A stretch of 33,323 bases of DNA from a virus (taxonomy: Duplodnaviria; Caudoviricetes): IMG/VR virus record IMGVR_UViG_3300030433_001502, positions 1 through 33,323 of that record. One strand, given 5' to 3'. Position 1 is the stretch's first letter, and each line of letters starts with the position of its first letter. A program made the translations under genes and the position numbers. A model generated the notes under the pieces. It was not told where the DNA came from and did not search any database. It saw nothing but the letters and a program-made list of their open reading frames with translations. Positions 18,909 through 26,665 of this stretch are shown here, piece after piece.

Positions 18909-19811
18909 TTATCGTTTACTTGCCATCAAGCCCATATTAAACAAGTCTTCCTCAGTGTACTGAGGCTCTGGCTGTCCAGAAACAACTCCTGCTGGAGTTG
19001 GAACTTTTGACATCTCAGAACGACTTGCCATTGATTGAGCTTTCTGCCTTATCGCTACTTCTTGCTGTGACGGAGCAGAACGAAGTTTATCTAGATTAAC
19101 TAAATTTTCTAGAGTAATTGAATCAGGAGACGAATAATACGACACAAACTCTTGCGCTTTTTCAGGAGTATAACCATAGTCGTTTACAAGTTGACCTAAC
19201 ATAGCATTTTTACTTTGCTCTGCTTGATATTGTGCTTGTTGTCTTTGTATTTCCTGTTCTTTAGCTTCAAGTTGTTGCATAGCTACGGCTTCTCTTTGCT
19301 CTTGGTAATCAATCATACCATCACGAAAATCTTCCATTGCTATTCTGTACTTATACGAATCACTATCTGCGTCCATTACTGCTTCAGTAGCATCATAGTT
19401 AGTTGGTTTGGTTGGACGGGTTGGCTTCTGTGGTAATTCCAACGATTTCTCTTGCGAGGGAACCGCTGGGGCATCACCAGAAAGTGAAGATGCAACGTTT
19501 TTGAGAACATCAGGATTACTTTGAATATAGTCCGCTATTGGAGCTATTTTCTCATAATCAGATAGTTTTTTACTCATTTCGTCAAACTCACTTGCCTTTT
19601 GGTCGTACCTTGATTGCCAATATTGATAGCGTTGTTGTTCTGTATCGCCTTCAATATTCTCTGGCATACTATCAGGTGTTTCACTGATAGGAGCTTGTTC
19701 AAGCTCAGAGGGTTCGCTTACATCATTTGTTTCAGTCCCTTCATCCCACATTAAATTATCTTGAGGGATTGAAGGTTCTTCAACAGCAATGACTTCTTGC
19801 TCTTCAATCAT
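18909..19811 (-). CDS. Capsid scaffolding protein
   Basis: Acidic disordered N-terminus, YWQSRYDQ motif and coiled coil; lies between portal and capsid genes. Confidence 0.7.
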   Translation of the reverse strand: MIEEQEVIAVEEPSIPQDNLMWDEGTETNDVSEPSELEQAPISETPDSMPENIEGDTEQQRYQYWQSRYDQKASEFDEMSKKLSDYEKIAPIADYIQSNPDVLKNVASSLSGDAPAVPSQEKSLELPQKPTRPTKPTNYDATEAVMDADSDSYKYRIAMEDFRDGMIDYQEQREAVAMQQLEAKEQEIQRQQAQYQAEQSKNAMLGQLVNDYGYTPEKAQEFVSYYSSPDSITLENLVNLDKLRSAPSQQEVAIRQKAQSMASRSEMSKVPTPAGVVSGQPEPQYTEEDLFNMGLMASKR

Positions 19812-19833
19812 CTTATTTCCTTTCTCCTATTCG

Positions 19834-22041
19834 TCACGAGACGGCAACAGGATTTGGTTGGTTGTTTTCGATTTCCCTTGTTTCTTCTTTGACTCTGCTT
19901 AATTCATCATTTAATCTCATCTCAAACATATTAGTTGCTTGTTCTGTTCTATTAGCTGACTTATTTAGCTTTGTCTTGAATTTTTCTACTTCTACACGCT
20001 TTCTATCGCTTGCAGATTCTCTTTGAGCTGTTTGTAAGTCACCTTCCAGCTCTTTAATTTTTTCTTCTTGTTGTTGTACTTGAGCTTGTAATTGTTGCAA
20101 CATGCTAGTTCTTTTTAATACGCCTTCAGTATCTGCAACTTCTGTTTGTTCAAGTACTTCTTGTTGGTCAATAATGCCTTTTTCGTATAAACTCATGTAG
20201 TAATCAAATCTTGCCCATCTATTAGAAGGCAATGTTCCTCCGCTTACCACAACTAAATCATATTGACCTATAGTAATGTCATTTACTCTTCCTAATATTT
20301 CATTTGTTAAGTCATCATAAATTGGGCTATTTATTGTTGTTTCTCTTTCTGTTCCGTCTGGCTTCATAACTCTTATTATTTTTTCATCTGTATATGTTTG
20401 CTGTATTAAAGAAACAATAATTCTACCCATTTGATTTAAAGCAGATTCTATATCATCTAACTTTGATTTAATTCTTCTTTGAGAGTATTCATCAATTGCA
20501 ACAGTTCCTTTGTAAGTACTAGGAGCAGAACCTGGGTCTCCATGCTGTAATGGATGAATGCCTAATATGTGATAAATACTTTGTTTTGCATCTTCTCTGT
20601 TTTTGTATAATTCATTTGGCAGAGGAACTGGCCCAGCGACAACTGGCTGTCCTAACTCTGGGTCAAACTCAATAACTCCAGTACCAGCACGAGACCATTC
20701 TTCTTCGAGCTGTTTTCTATTCATTGAGCCTCTTGGTATAAGTAGCTTTGTATTTGTAGAAGATGATGCGTGAGCAATAATAAGAGATGTAATCTTATTA
20801 ATATACTCTTGAATGGGCTTTACAAAACGAACATCACTCATAGGATAAGGATTTCTATTATGCCTATTCATCATAGTGACTATTGGGTAATCTTCAATGT
20901 CCATGATGTGCATAGCTATCAGCACTCTACCTATTGATAAGCATCTCTTTATCCTATCTACTAATACATTATTGCAAATGAGTATTCCCTCTGCCAATAA
21001 TTCTTCAAAAGAAACTATAGTTAATTTTGTTTCGCTTCCAGGTATAGCTTCTTCGTGCTCAGGGCCAGCCATTACAGAAGGTTGCCCTGTTTGCATGTCC
21101 ATCATCATGTGAAAAACTCCACCTGTTTGTTCATGCATTTGCATTAAGCTTTGAACTTCGTATTTGTCTGTCTCGTATTGAACTTGACCTTGATTTTCTA
21201 CGATTACTGCTGGTTGCATTAAAAATTCTTTATAATCTTCTTCGCTGTGGATATACTCATTGCCAGACGTTGTATCTAAGCAATGCCAAAATGGTAGTTT
21301 TACTTTTTCATATCTATCGATTACCTCATATGTTCTAATGTTTTGAACGTCATCTGTTATTGGCCCAACTGCTTGGTCTTCATTTCCTTCTCTACTAGAG
21401 CCTGGATATCTTTCATCTGCTGAAGGAGTCATTTGGTCAAGTAATGTACCTTTGTCTTTACCAAGCGGTTTATTAACAGAAGGATACATTGTTTTAATTT
21501 GAGTTTCTGTAAATAGCCTAGCAACTATCATATTACTAGCATCTCTACAAAAAGGGTCTCTAGAAGAAGGGTCTATATATAAATCAAGAGGGTCAATGCT
21601 TTTTATGCAAACTTCTCCTCTTCCAAAATCTTTCATAGGGTCAACATAAGCTTGCATAGCCCCCATGCCCTTTACATAATAATCATCTATGCATTGTTTT
21701 AATTCACTGTTTCCATTAGAAGTATCCCATATATAAGACATAACATCCGAAAAAATTCTACCAATTTTTGTATCACTATCATCACGACCTGTAGATTGAA
21801 ATTTAGGTTTATTTGCAGTAAGCAAAGCCTTAGCTTGTTCAACAGCAGGGTGTATAACATTATCAACAATTGGGGATTGCGCTCTTTCTCTTAAAATATT
21901 TTGCTGGGCGTTAGTCCACTGAGAGTTGTTTCTAAACTCATCATCTTCGAGGGCTTGACTAGCCCATAATTGGCGATGCTCTTGATAGTCATCTAAGAGC
22001 TCTTCCGATTTTTCTACTTCTTTGTGTAAAGGTGAGTGCAT
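19834..22041 (-). CDS. Portal protein (P22-like, with long C-terminal coiled-coil barrel)
   Basis: 735 aa after TerL. Motifs NVIHPAVE, IDPLDLYIDP, VKPIQEYINK and IGQYDLVV, with a Q-rich helical C-terminus. Confidence 0.85.
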   Translation of the reverse strand: MHSPLHKEVEKSEELLDDYQEHRQLWASQALEDDEFRNNSQWTNAQQNILRERAQSPIVDNVIHPAVEQAKALLTANKPKFQSTGRDDSDTKIGRIFSDVMSYIWDTSNGNSELKQCIDDYYVKGMGAMQAYVDPMKDFGRGEVCIKSIDPLDLYIDPSSRDPFCRDASNMIVARLFTETQIKTMYPSVNKPLGKDKGTLLDQMTPSADERYPGSSREGNEDQAVGPITDDVQNIRTYEVIDRYEKVKLPFWHCLDTTSGNEYIHSEEDYKEFLMQPAVIVENQGQVQYETDKYEVQSLMQMHEQTGGVFHMMMDMQTGQPSVMAGPEHEEAIPGSETKLTIVSFEELLAEGILICNNVLVDRIKRCLSIGRVLIAMHIMDIEDYPIVTMMNRHNRNPYPMSDVRFVKPIQEYINKITSLIIAHASSSTNTKLLIPRGSMNRKQLEEEWSRAGTGVIEFDPELGQPVVAGPVPLPNELYKNREDAKQSIYHILGIHPLQHGDPGSAPSTYKGTVAIDEYSQRRIKSKLDDIESALNQMGRIIVSLIQQTYTDEKIIRVMKPDGTERETTINSPIYDDLTNEILGRVNDITIGQYDLVVVSGGTLPSNRWARFDYYMSLYEKGIIDQQEVLEQTEVADTEGVLKRTSMLQQLQAQVQQQEEKIKELEGDLQTAQRESASDRKRVEVEKFKTKLNKSANRTEQATNMFEMRLNDELSRVKEETREIENNQPNPVAVS

Positions 22042-22087
22042 TCTGGTGGCGAATATACTAAAGGCGCCAAATGGAACATCAACGCTT

Positions 22088-23569
22088 TTATACAGTTAAC
22101 CAGTCTTTTGCTCTATGTAATACACTCTTTTTTAAGGCATGTGTCTCGACAACTTCATGATGTGGGCTATAAGAATTTTTATTAGCATAATACAATCCAT
22201 CTAATAAATCATCATGCTTTCCCCTAGGAAATAACGATAATTCATCTTTTAAATCTTGCATTGTGTCTAATATATGAACCTTTCCTCTAGAAAACATAGG
22301 TTGCATACTTTCAAGTCTTCTTGATTTACTGTTCCTAGGATTTTCTTTAATATTTAATCCAGGTATAAATATTTTTTCTTCTTCGCTTCTTTTTATAACA
22401 TACTCACGTAACATCTCTTGATATCCAACGCTTTCTATTCTTGTTCTCTCAGAGCGATATCGTTTATAATTTTTTACTATTGCCTCTGCTAAATTTAAGG
22501 GAGTAGCCCTTTCTCTGTAATAAGGCAAACAATATCTGTTTCCATCTTTATCAACTGCTATGTTAAATATCACAGAGTAATCAGCAGTTTGTTTCGTACT
22601 AGACGCAGGGTCTACTCCCGTAAATATATTAACTGGAACTTCTTTTACTTGTGGAAAAGTTAAATCTAATACAGCATTGCCTTCTGCATCGTGTCTTATT
22701 TCTCCTTTGTAATATTGCAAATCTTCTAGTTTAAACAACTGGTCTTCATCGCCTACAATTTCACACATGTATTCTCTATAAAATACAGAAAGCCTATTAA
22801 TTGAATCTAGTTCGTCTTTTTTCTGTTTTAATTTTTTTATAGACCACCAATCTTCCCATAAAGCATATCCCTTATCAAAATCTGGTTTGTAAGTTAAATT
22901 TAACCAGCCTTTCATATCCTTTAATGTTTCAACCATACAACGCTGATGTTGAGGCGTACCAACAATAATTATTCTTCCTTTTCTAGGGTCTAGTGACGGA
23001 ACTGCTGATTGTAGCAACCAACGTAAGTTGGACTCCATTGCTTCTGCTGTTTTAGTGTTATTTTCATCTTCAGGGTCATCAACAATAATTAGGCTAGGGC
23101 GCTGGTTCCCGATTTTTATTCCACGTAACTGCTGACCTGTCCCTTTGCAAATTATCATTGACCCATCTTTTAACTCTATTTCAGACTTAGCCCAGCTTTT
23201 AGCAGAATGTTGGCCCCAATAGCCAAACATTTCACGACACTGGTCGCTATAATCAAGTGTATCTTTTATTAAACCGAGTAATTTTACTGCATGGTCTTGA
23301 GTTCTAGATACCAGAACTATTAACTTTTTTCCTTCTCCAAAAAATAAATGATGCATAGGTAATATACCGCCAACAATAGAACTTTTAGCGTGACCTCTAG
23401 GAGCGACAATATTTATTTGCTTATTATCTAAATTCATTACATGTTTTGCTAGGTCGTAATGAAAATCAGGTGATTTAGCAGAAAACATATTTGGGATACA
23501 TATTTTCCCAAACATCATCATGTCGTCTCTTAATCTTAAAAGTATTTCTTTTCTTTTGGAGTCATCCAT
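22088..23569 (-). CDS. terL: Terminase large subunit
   Basis: Walker A APRGHAKS, Walker B IIVDDPE, coupling motif VGTP, and RNase H-like nuclease motifs GVDPA and HDDLLD. Confidence 0.93.
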   Translation of the reverse strand: MDDSKRKEILLRLRDDMMMFGKICIPNMFSAKSPDFHYDLAKHVMNLDNKQINIVAPRGHAKSSIVGGILPMHHLFFGEGKKLIVLVSRTQDHAVKLLGLIKDTLDYSDQCREMFGYWGQHSAKSWAKSEIELKDGSMIICKGTGQQLRGIKIGNQRPSLIIVDDPEDENNTKTAEAMESNLRWLLQSAVPSLDPRKGRIIIVGTPQHQRCMVETLKDMKGWLNLTYKPDFDKGYALWEDWWSIKKLKQKKDELDSINRLSVFYREYMCEIVGDEDQLFKLEDLQYYKGEIRHDAEGNAVLDLTFPQVKEVPVNIFTGVDPASSTKQTADYSVIFNIAVDKDGNRYCLPYYRERATPLNLAEAIVKNYKRYRSERTRIESVGYQEMLREYVIKRSEEEKIFIPGLNIKENPRNSKSRRLESMQPMFSRGKVHILDTMQDLKDELSLFPRGKHDDLLDGLYYANKNSYSPHHEVVETHALKKSVLHRAKDWLTV

Positions 23570-23733
23570 TAATAATCAGAGCCTATTAATCTATTTATAT
23601 CATCTTCATATGCATTTAAACCCATGTCTTCTGCAACTGCAACTAAGACCTTACTGAATGAATCAAGTTTCCTTGCATCTTCTTTTTTTGTTTCTACTAC
23701 AAAATGTTTTGATATTTTCTTATCATCCTTCAT
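23569..23733 (-). CDS. 54-aa hypothetical protein between TerS and TerL
   Basis: Translated by hand (MKDDKKISKHFVVETKKEDARKLDSFSKVLVAVAEDMGLNAYEDDINRLIGSDY); stop overlaps the terL ATG. Confidence 0.6.
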   Translation of the reverse strand: MKDDKKISKHFVVETKKEDARKLDSFSKVLVAVAEDMGLNAYEDDINRLIGSDY

Positions 23734-24487
23734 CTACGTCCTTAGTCCTTTCTAATTTTAACTGACGAGTTTCTTCTGTGGCTATCTCGTCAAGTATTTT
23801 TTTCGATACATCTATTTGTAATGTATCTGTTTGTTGTGTTTTTGAGGGCAACATGTCCATAATCTTTATATATTGCTCTGCACCACGTAACATATTACTA
23901 GGGTCAGCATTATTTCGAGCAATTGTTATTGCTTCTGCTATTACATCTAGCACATCTCCTTGATTTAGCTCTCTTTCGTCTAAATATCTTTGTATTTCTT
24001 GGTCTATCATACTTGTAATCCTTTTTTGTTTAAATAACCTTTTTGCAGTAACAGCAGGTTTAGCTTGGTCTGGTCTATATGCGCTACCAATTGCGTCCCA
24101 GTTGATTTTTCCAGTGCCAAGCATCATATTAACATATAGTTTTACAGCGTTTTTTGTACGTTGTAAGCTCGATTCTCTTTCATCCCATGTCCTAGTCCCA
24201 GTTTGGGAATATTGTCCCGTATCCCTATGAGGTTCGTACAATAATTTAGCATTATCATTAATCCACATCCTACCATACGGCATTACAATCTGATATGCTT
24301 CCTTATATTTAGCTTTTTTTAGGCATTCTGCTACATAATTATCATCTGACAGCGCTAATTGTCCAGTTTTAGCATCTTTCCAGTAAACAAAGTCCAATCC
24401 ACGCTCTTTTGCTTCCTGTTTTGTCATTATTGGGTAAGTTACTTCTTCCCAATTATTTATTTTTAGCTTTCTTGATAAAAAATCCAT
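23723..24487 (-). CDS. Putative terminase small subunit with extra N-terminal domain
   Basis: Upstream of terL. The C-terminal half has an HTH-like AYRP..AKRLFKQKRITSMI segment followed by an oligomerisation-type helical hairpin. Confidence 0.55.
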   Translation of the reverse strand: MDFLSRKLKINNWEEVTYPIMTKQEAKERGLDFVYWKDAKTGQLALSDDNYVAECLKKAKYKEAYQIVMPYGRMWINDNAKLLYEPHRDTGQYSQTGTRTWDERESSLQRTKNAVKLYVNMMLGTGKINWDAIGSAYRPDQAKPAVTAKRLFKQKRITSMIDQEIQRYLDERELNQGDVLDVIAEAITIARNNADPSNMLRGAEQYIKIMDMLPSKTQQTDTLQIDVSKKILDEIATEETRQLKLERTKDVDEG

Positions 24488-24493
24488 GCTTAT

Positions 24494-24558
24494 TACTGTA
24501 TATTATATATACTTCAGTTAATACTACTGTAATGTATATACTGTATATACACTACTGT
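24494..24558. repeat. AT-rich cluster of four TACTGT direct repeats and two GTATATAC palindromes
   Basis: TACTGT at 24494, 24525, 24539 and 24553; GTATATAC at 24534 and 24543. Confidence 0.75.
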
Positions 24559-24598
24559 TAAAAAAAGGCAATAATCTAATAGAATGTCAAGTGTTATT

Positions 24599-24784
24599 TT
24601 AGTCTTTTTCATCATATTTTAAATAATAGTCCTGTTTTTTTGCTAAAATATTTTTTTCTACCTCTTTTATTTGCTCTTCTGCTATGTGATAGTCTAAATA
24701 TAGTAAAAATTGCTCAACGTCTCCTTCTGTAGAATTTATCTTTTCCCATACTTTTTTAGTCGCATTCCATTTTTCTATATCCAT
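24599..24784 (-). CDS. Hypothetical protein, first ORF of the late arm
   Basis: 61-aa ORF with phage-like composition. Confidence 0.6.
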   Translation of the reverse strand: MDIEKWNATKKVWEKINSTEGDVEQFLLYLDYHIAEEQIKEVEKNILAKKQDYYLKYDEKD

Positions 24785-24901
24785 GCTGGAAAATACCTAA
24801 TGGTGATATGGAAACTCTAGTAAAAATTTCAAAAATTTGCTTTAGAATGCGTGTGAGAGATATACAGCATTACTACCCCCCACTCTTTGTTGCATGGTGG
24901 T

Positions 24902-24958
24902 AGACTTTTTCGTTGAGAATTGTCGTGAGTTACGTTGTGTCTCAACAGGAAGAAGTCT
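24902..24958 (+). other. Long imperfect hairpin in the divergent intergenic region
   Basis: AGACTTTTTC/GAAGAAGTCT and GTTGAGA/TCTCAAC arms. Confidence 0.6.
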
Positions 24959-25047
24959 CCCGCCTCCAACAAAAGTTGCCCCTGTACTGCGTAGCGTGTG
25001 TTTTCATACGTGTTTAATTCTTAATTAACTAATGAAAGAGGTATAAT

Positions 25048-25374
25048 ATGACCATTGATTTTAAGTTAAACGCTGTTAGTATTGGAAAGATTAATTCTAA
25101 AGTTTCTAAGGAATTGATTGATGCAAAGATTGAATCTTGGATAGACGTTTGTGATGCTATCTTTGTGTCTTGTTCTGATAAGGCTGATAAGGTTACTGAG
25201 GCTAAGAATACTTTAGTATCATTTGCTCAAGCTTGTAAGTTTGAACAGACTGAGCCTACTGAAGTAGAATCTAAGTATGAGGGTTCCAAAGTGTTTGTTT
25301 GTAATAAAGTCCCATTGAAAGATGTTGATGATAATACGAACTATGCTTTGAATCTCATAGGCAGAGGTAACTAA
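25048..25374 (+). CDS. Hypothetical protein, first early gene
   Basis: 108 aa, GAGGT SD, followed by its own terminator-like hairpin. Confidence 0.8.
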   Translation: MTIDFKLNAVSIGKINSKVSKELIDAKIESWIDVCDAIFVSCSDKADKVTEAKNTLVSFAQACKFEQTEPTEVESKYEGSKVFVCNKVPLKDVDDNTNYALNLIGRGN

Positions 25375-25382
25375 GGTTGATT

Positions 25383-25407
25383 AGGTCTAACGTATGTTAG
25401 GCCTTTT
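25383..25407 (+). terminator. Intrinsic terminator-like hairpin
   Basis: AGGTCTAAC-GTAT-GTTAGGCCT 9-bp stem with a short T run, 8 nt after the stop codon. Confidence 0.6.
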
Positions 25408-25450
25408 AAATCCGTGCATAAAAACAAATGCTTTATAACAGGAGGTCGAT

Positions 25451-25585
25451 ATCGCAGTTATTCAGGCGACTGAAAGATATTGGTTGATTGAGTCTGCTTT
25501 AGGCTCGTTTGTAGAAGTTAGTAGGGATGAATTTCCTACGCTTATACAAGCTATGGCTGAGGCTAGACGTCAATTGATTGATTGA
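25451..25585 (+). CDS. 44-aa ORF with a possible non-canonical ATC start
   Basis: Strong SD AGGAGGT 4 nt before ATC; in-frame TAA at 25436. Product: (M)AVIQATERYWLIESALGSFVEVSRDEFPTLIQAMAEARRQLID. Confidence 0.45.
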   Translation: MAVIQATERYWLIESALGSFVEVSRDEFPTLIQAMAEARRQLID

Positions 25586-25702
25586 TTTTAGTCATTATTG
25601 AATTAGATTCGGAGTGTAACGAGCTTGGCAACAGAAATGCGTTGATGTTAATTTTATTTTATTTATGAAGGCGATAAAAACGAAGATATTGTTATAAAAA
25701 GT

Positions 25703-25757
25703 CTCTGGCTAAACAGAGCGGAGGTTAAGTGGTTTCCTTGACTTATTAAAAAACCAC
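25703..25757 (+). ncRNA. Hairpin plus compact H-type pseudoknot candidate
   Basis: CTCTG/CAGAG hairpin; S1 AGGTTAAG(25722-29)/CTTGACTT(25737-44); S2 TGGTTT(25730-35)/AAACCA(25751-56); A-rich linker. Confidence 0.45.
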
Positions 25758-25773
25758 AAAGATTTATGATAGT

Positions 25774-26210
25774 GAGATTGCACTTGATATGTGTAACCAT
25801 TTTGCTATAGTAAGGTATAACGTAGACTAATCCTTTACGTCTTCCTAATTATGCTTATTGTCACTGATATAATGGCATGCATAAAAACGATAACAGTTGT
25901 AGTGACTGTAGTATGTGTAGTTGGGCTCCTAAAGAGTTGTGCTTCATACAAGCAATGTTAAGCTGTCGTTTGGTCGTATAATTTATATTCCTTATTACCG
26001 AAGATGGAGAAGTCCTATGTATCGGGTGAGTAGAAACAAGCCTTTGCAGTAAGGTCGCTCCTTGCTGTTTTTGTTATTCTGTCTTTGCTGTTTGCATTGA
26101 ATGTCTAACATAAAAGGTCTCATACGCAATGTAAACATGTTGTAAAGGCATGCATTGTTATAGCAAAACCGTAACGGGTATATCTAACCAACGGGGACAG
26201 GTGCAATCTC
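25774..26210 (+). ncRNA. Large (~437 nt) multi-branched structured RNA of unknown family
   Basis: End-to-end helices 25774-86/26198-210, 25787-92/26178-83 and 25800-18/26150-68 enclose five hairpin domains. Deviations from Watson-Crick pairing are mostly G-U on the plus strand. Confidence 0.75.
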
Positions 26211-26233
26211 TAATTAAAAAAGAAAGAAGTATT

Positions 26234-26437
26234 ATGTCAAAAGATAAAAATATAACCAAGTCAAATTATATAATGTTTGACGAGGAAGTAGTAAAAGTAT
26301 TGTATAAAATAATAGAAATGGTAGATGATGTAAAAACAAGATTTGACCACGTTAGAGGCGAGGTTGAGAATCGTGAAATAATGAAAGATGCATTGTCTAG
26401 AGCTATTGATATTATTGAACAAAAAGATTTTAAGTAA
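26234..26437 (+). CDS. 67-aa hypothetical protein (start revised from 26150)
   Basis: The ATG at 26150 lies inside the RNA closing helix. The ATG at 26234 follows an A/G-rich leader and gives a helical, protein-like sequence. Confidence 0.65.
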   Translation: MSKDKNITKSNYIMFDEEVVKVLYKIIEMVDDVKTRFDHVRGEVENREIMKDALSRAIDIIEQKDFK

Positions 26438-26442
26438 AAAAA

Positions 26443-26653
26443 TAAGCTGGCATTTGTTATCGCACACTTAGGCCAAAAACATTGCGAAACGAGGTCTGGA
26501 TGTATTTAATTCCTAGGATTAATTTCTTCCCACTTCAAAGTAACGTGTTTAATAGTGTAATCTAGTTATGAGCTAGTAGATAATTTTAAATGAACCTCTG
26601 TCAGACATGCGAAGTGCTCGGAGCCTCTCCATGAGTCAAGTTAAAACAGCTTA
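26443..26653 (+). ncRNA. Second structured RNA domain (~210 nt)
   Basis: Closing helix TAAGCTG(26443-49)/CAGCTTA(26647-53); inner TTAGGCC/GGTCTGG, CTAGTT/AGCTAG and GGAG/CTCC hairpins. No plus-strand ORF in the track. Confidence 0.45.
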
Positions 26654-26665
26654 GAATTTTTTTAA

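Noticed and set aside
170-23963. Plus-strand ORFs opposite the structural genes (170-604, 979-1332, 5953-6243, 7418-7612, 10532-10759, 12047-12289, 16403-16651, 17791-18157, 18651-19010, 19215-19436, 20897-21112, 23778-23963)
   Set aside because: Antisense shadows of well-supported genes, with F/L/S-rich non-protein-like composition and no SD.
24561-24590. Perfect TTGACA on the minus strand upstream of the terS candidate
   Set aside because: No recognisable -10 hexamer at 16-18 nt spacing.
25738-25770. TTGACT ... TATGAT as a promoter for the large RNA
   Set aside because: The spacer is 21 nt, too long for sigma70, and the TSS would fall inside the first helix.
26003-26015. GATGGAGAAGTCC resembling the RNase P RNA GAGGAAAGUCC motif
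   Set aside because: Imperfect match, lies mid-molecule, and has no complementary P4 partner (..ACCCGGCUUA-like) near the 3' end.
25822-26015. GTAGACTAA and AAGTCC resembling group I intron R/S (P7) elements
   Set aside because: No P/Q elements or P3/P7 geometry, no interrupted host gene, and GACTA lies in a local hairpin.
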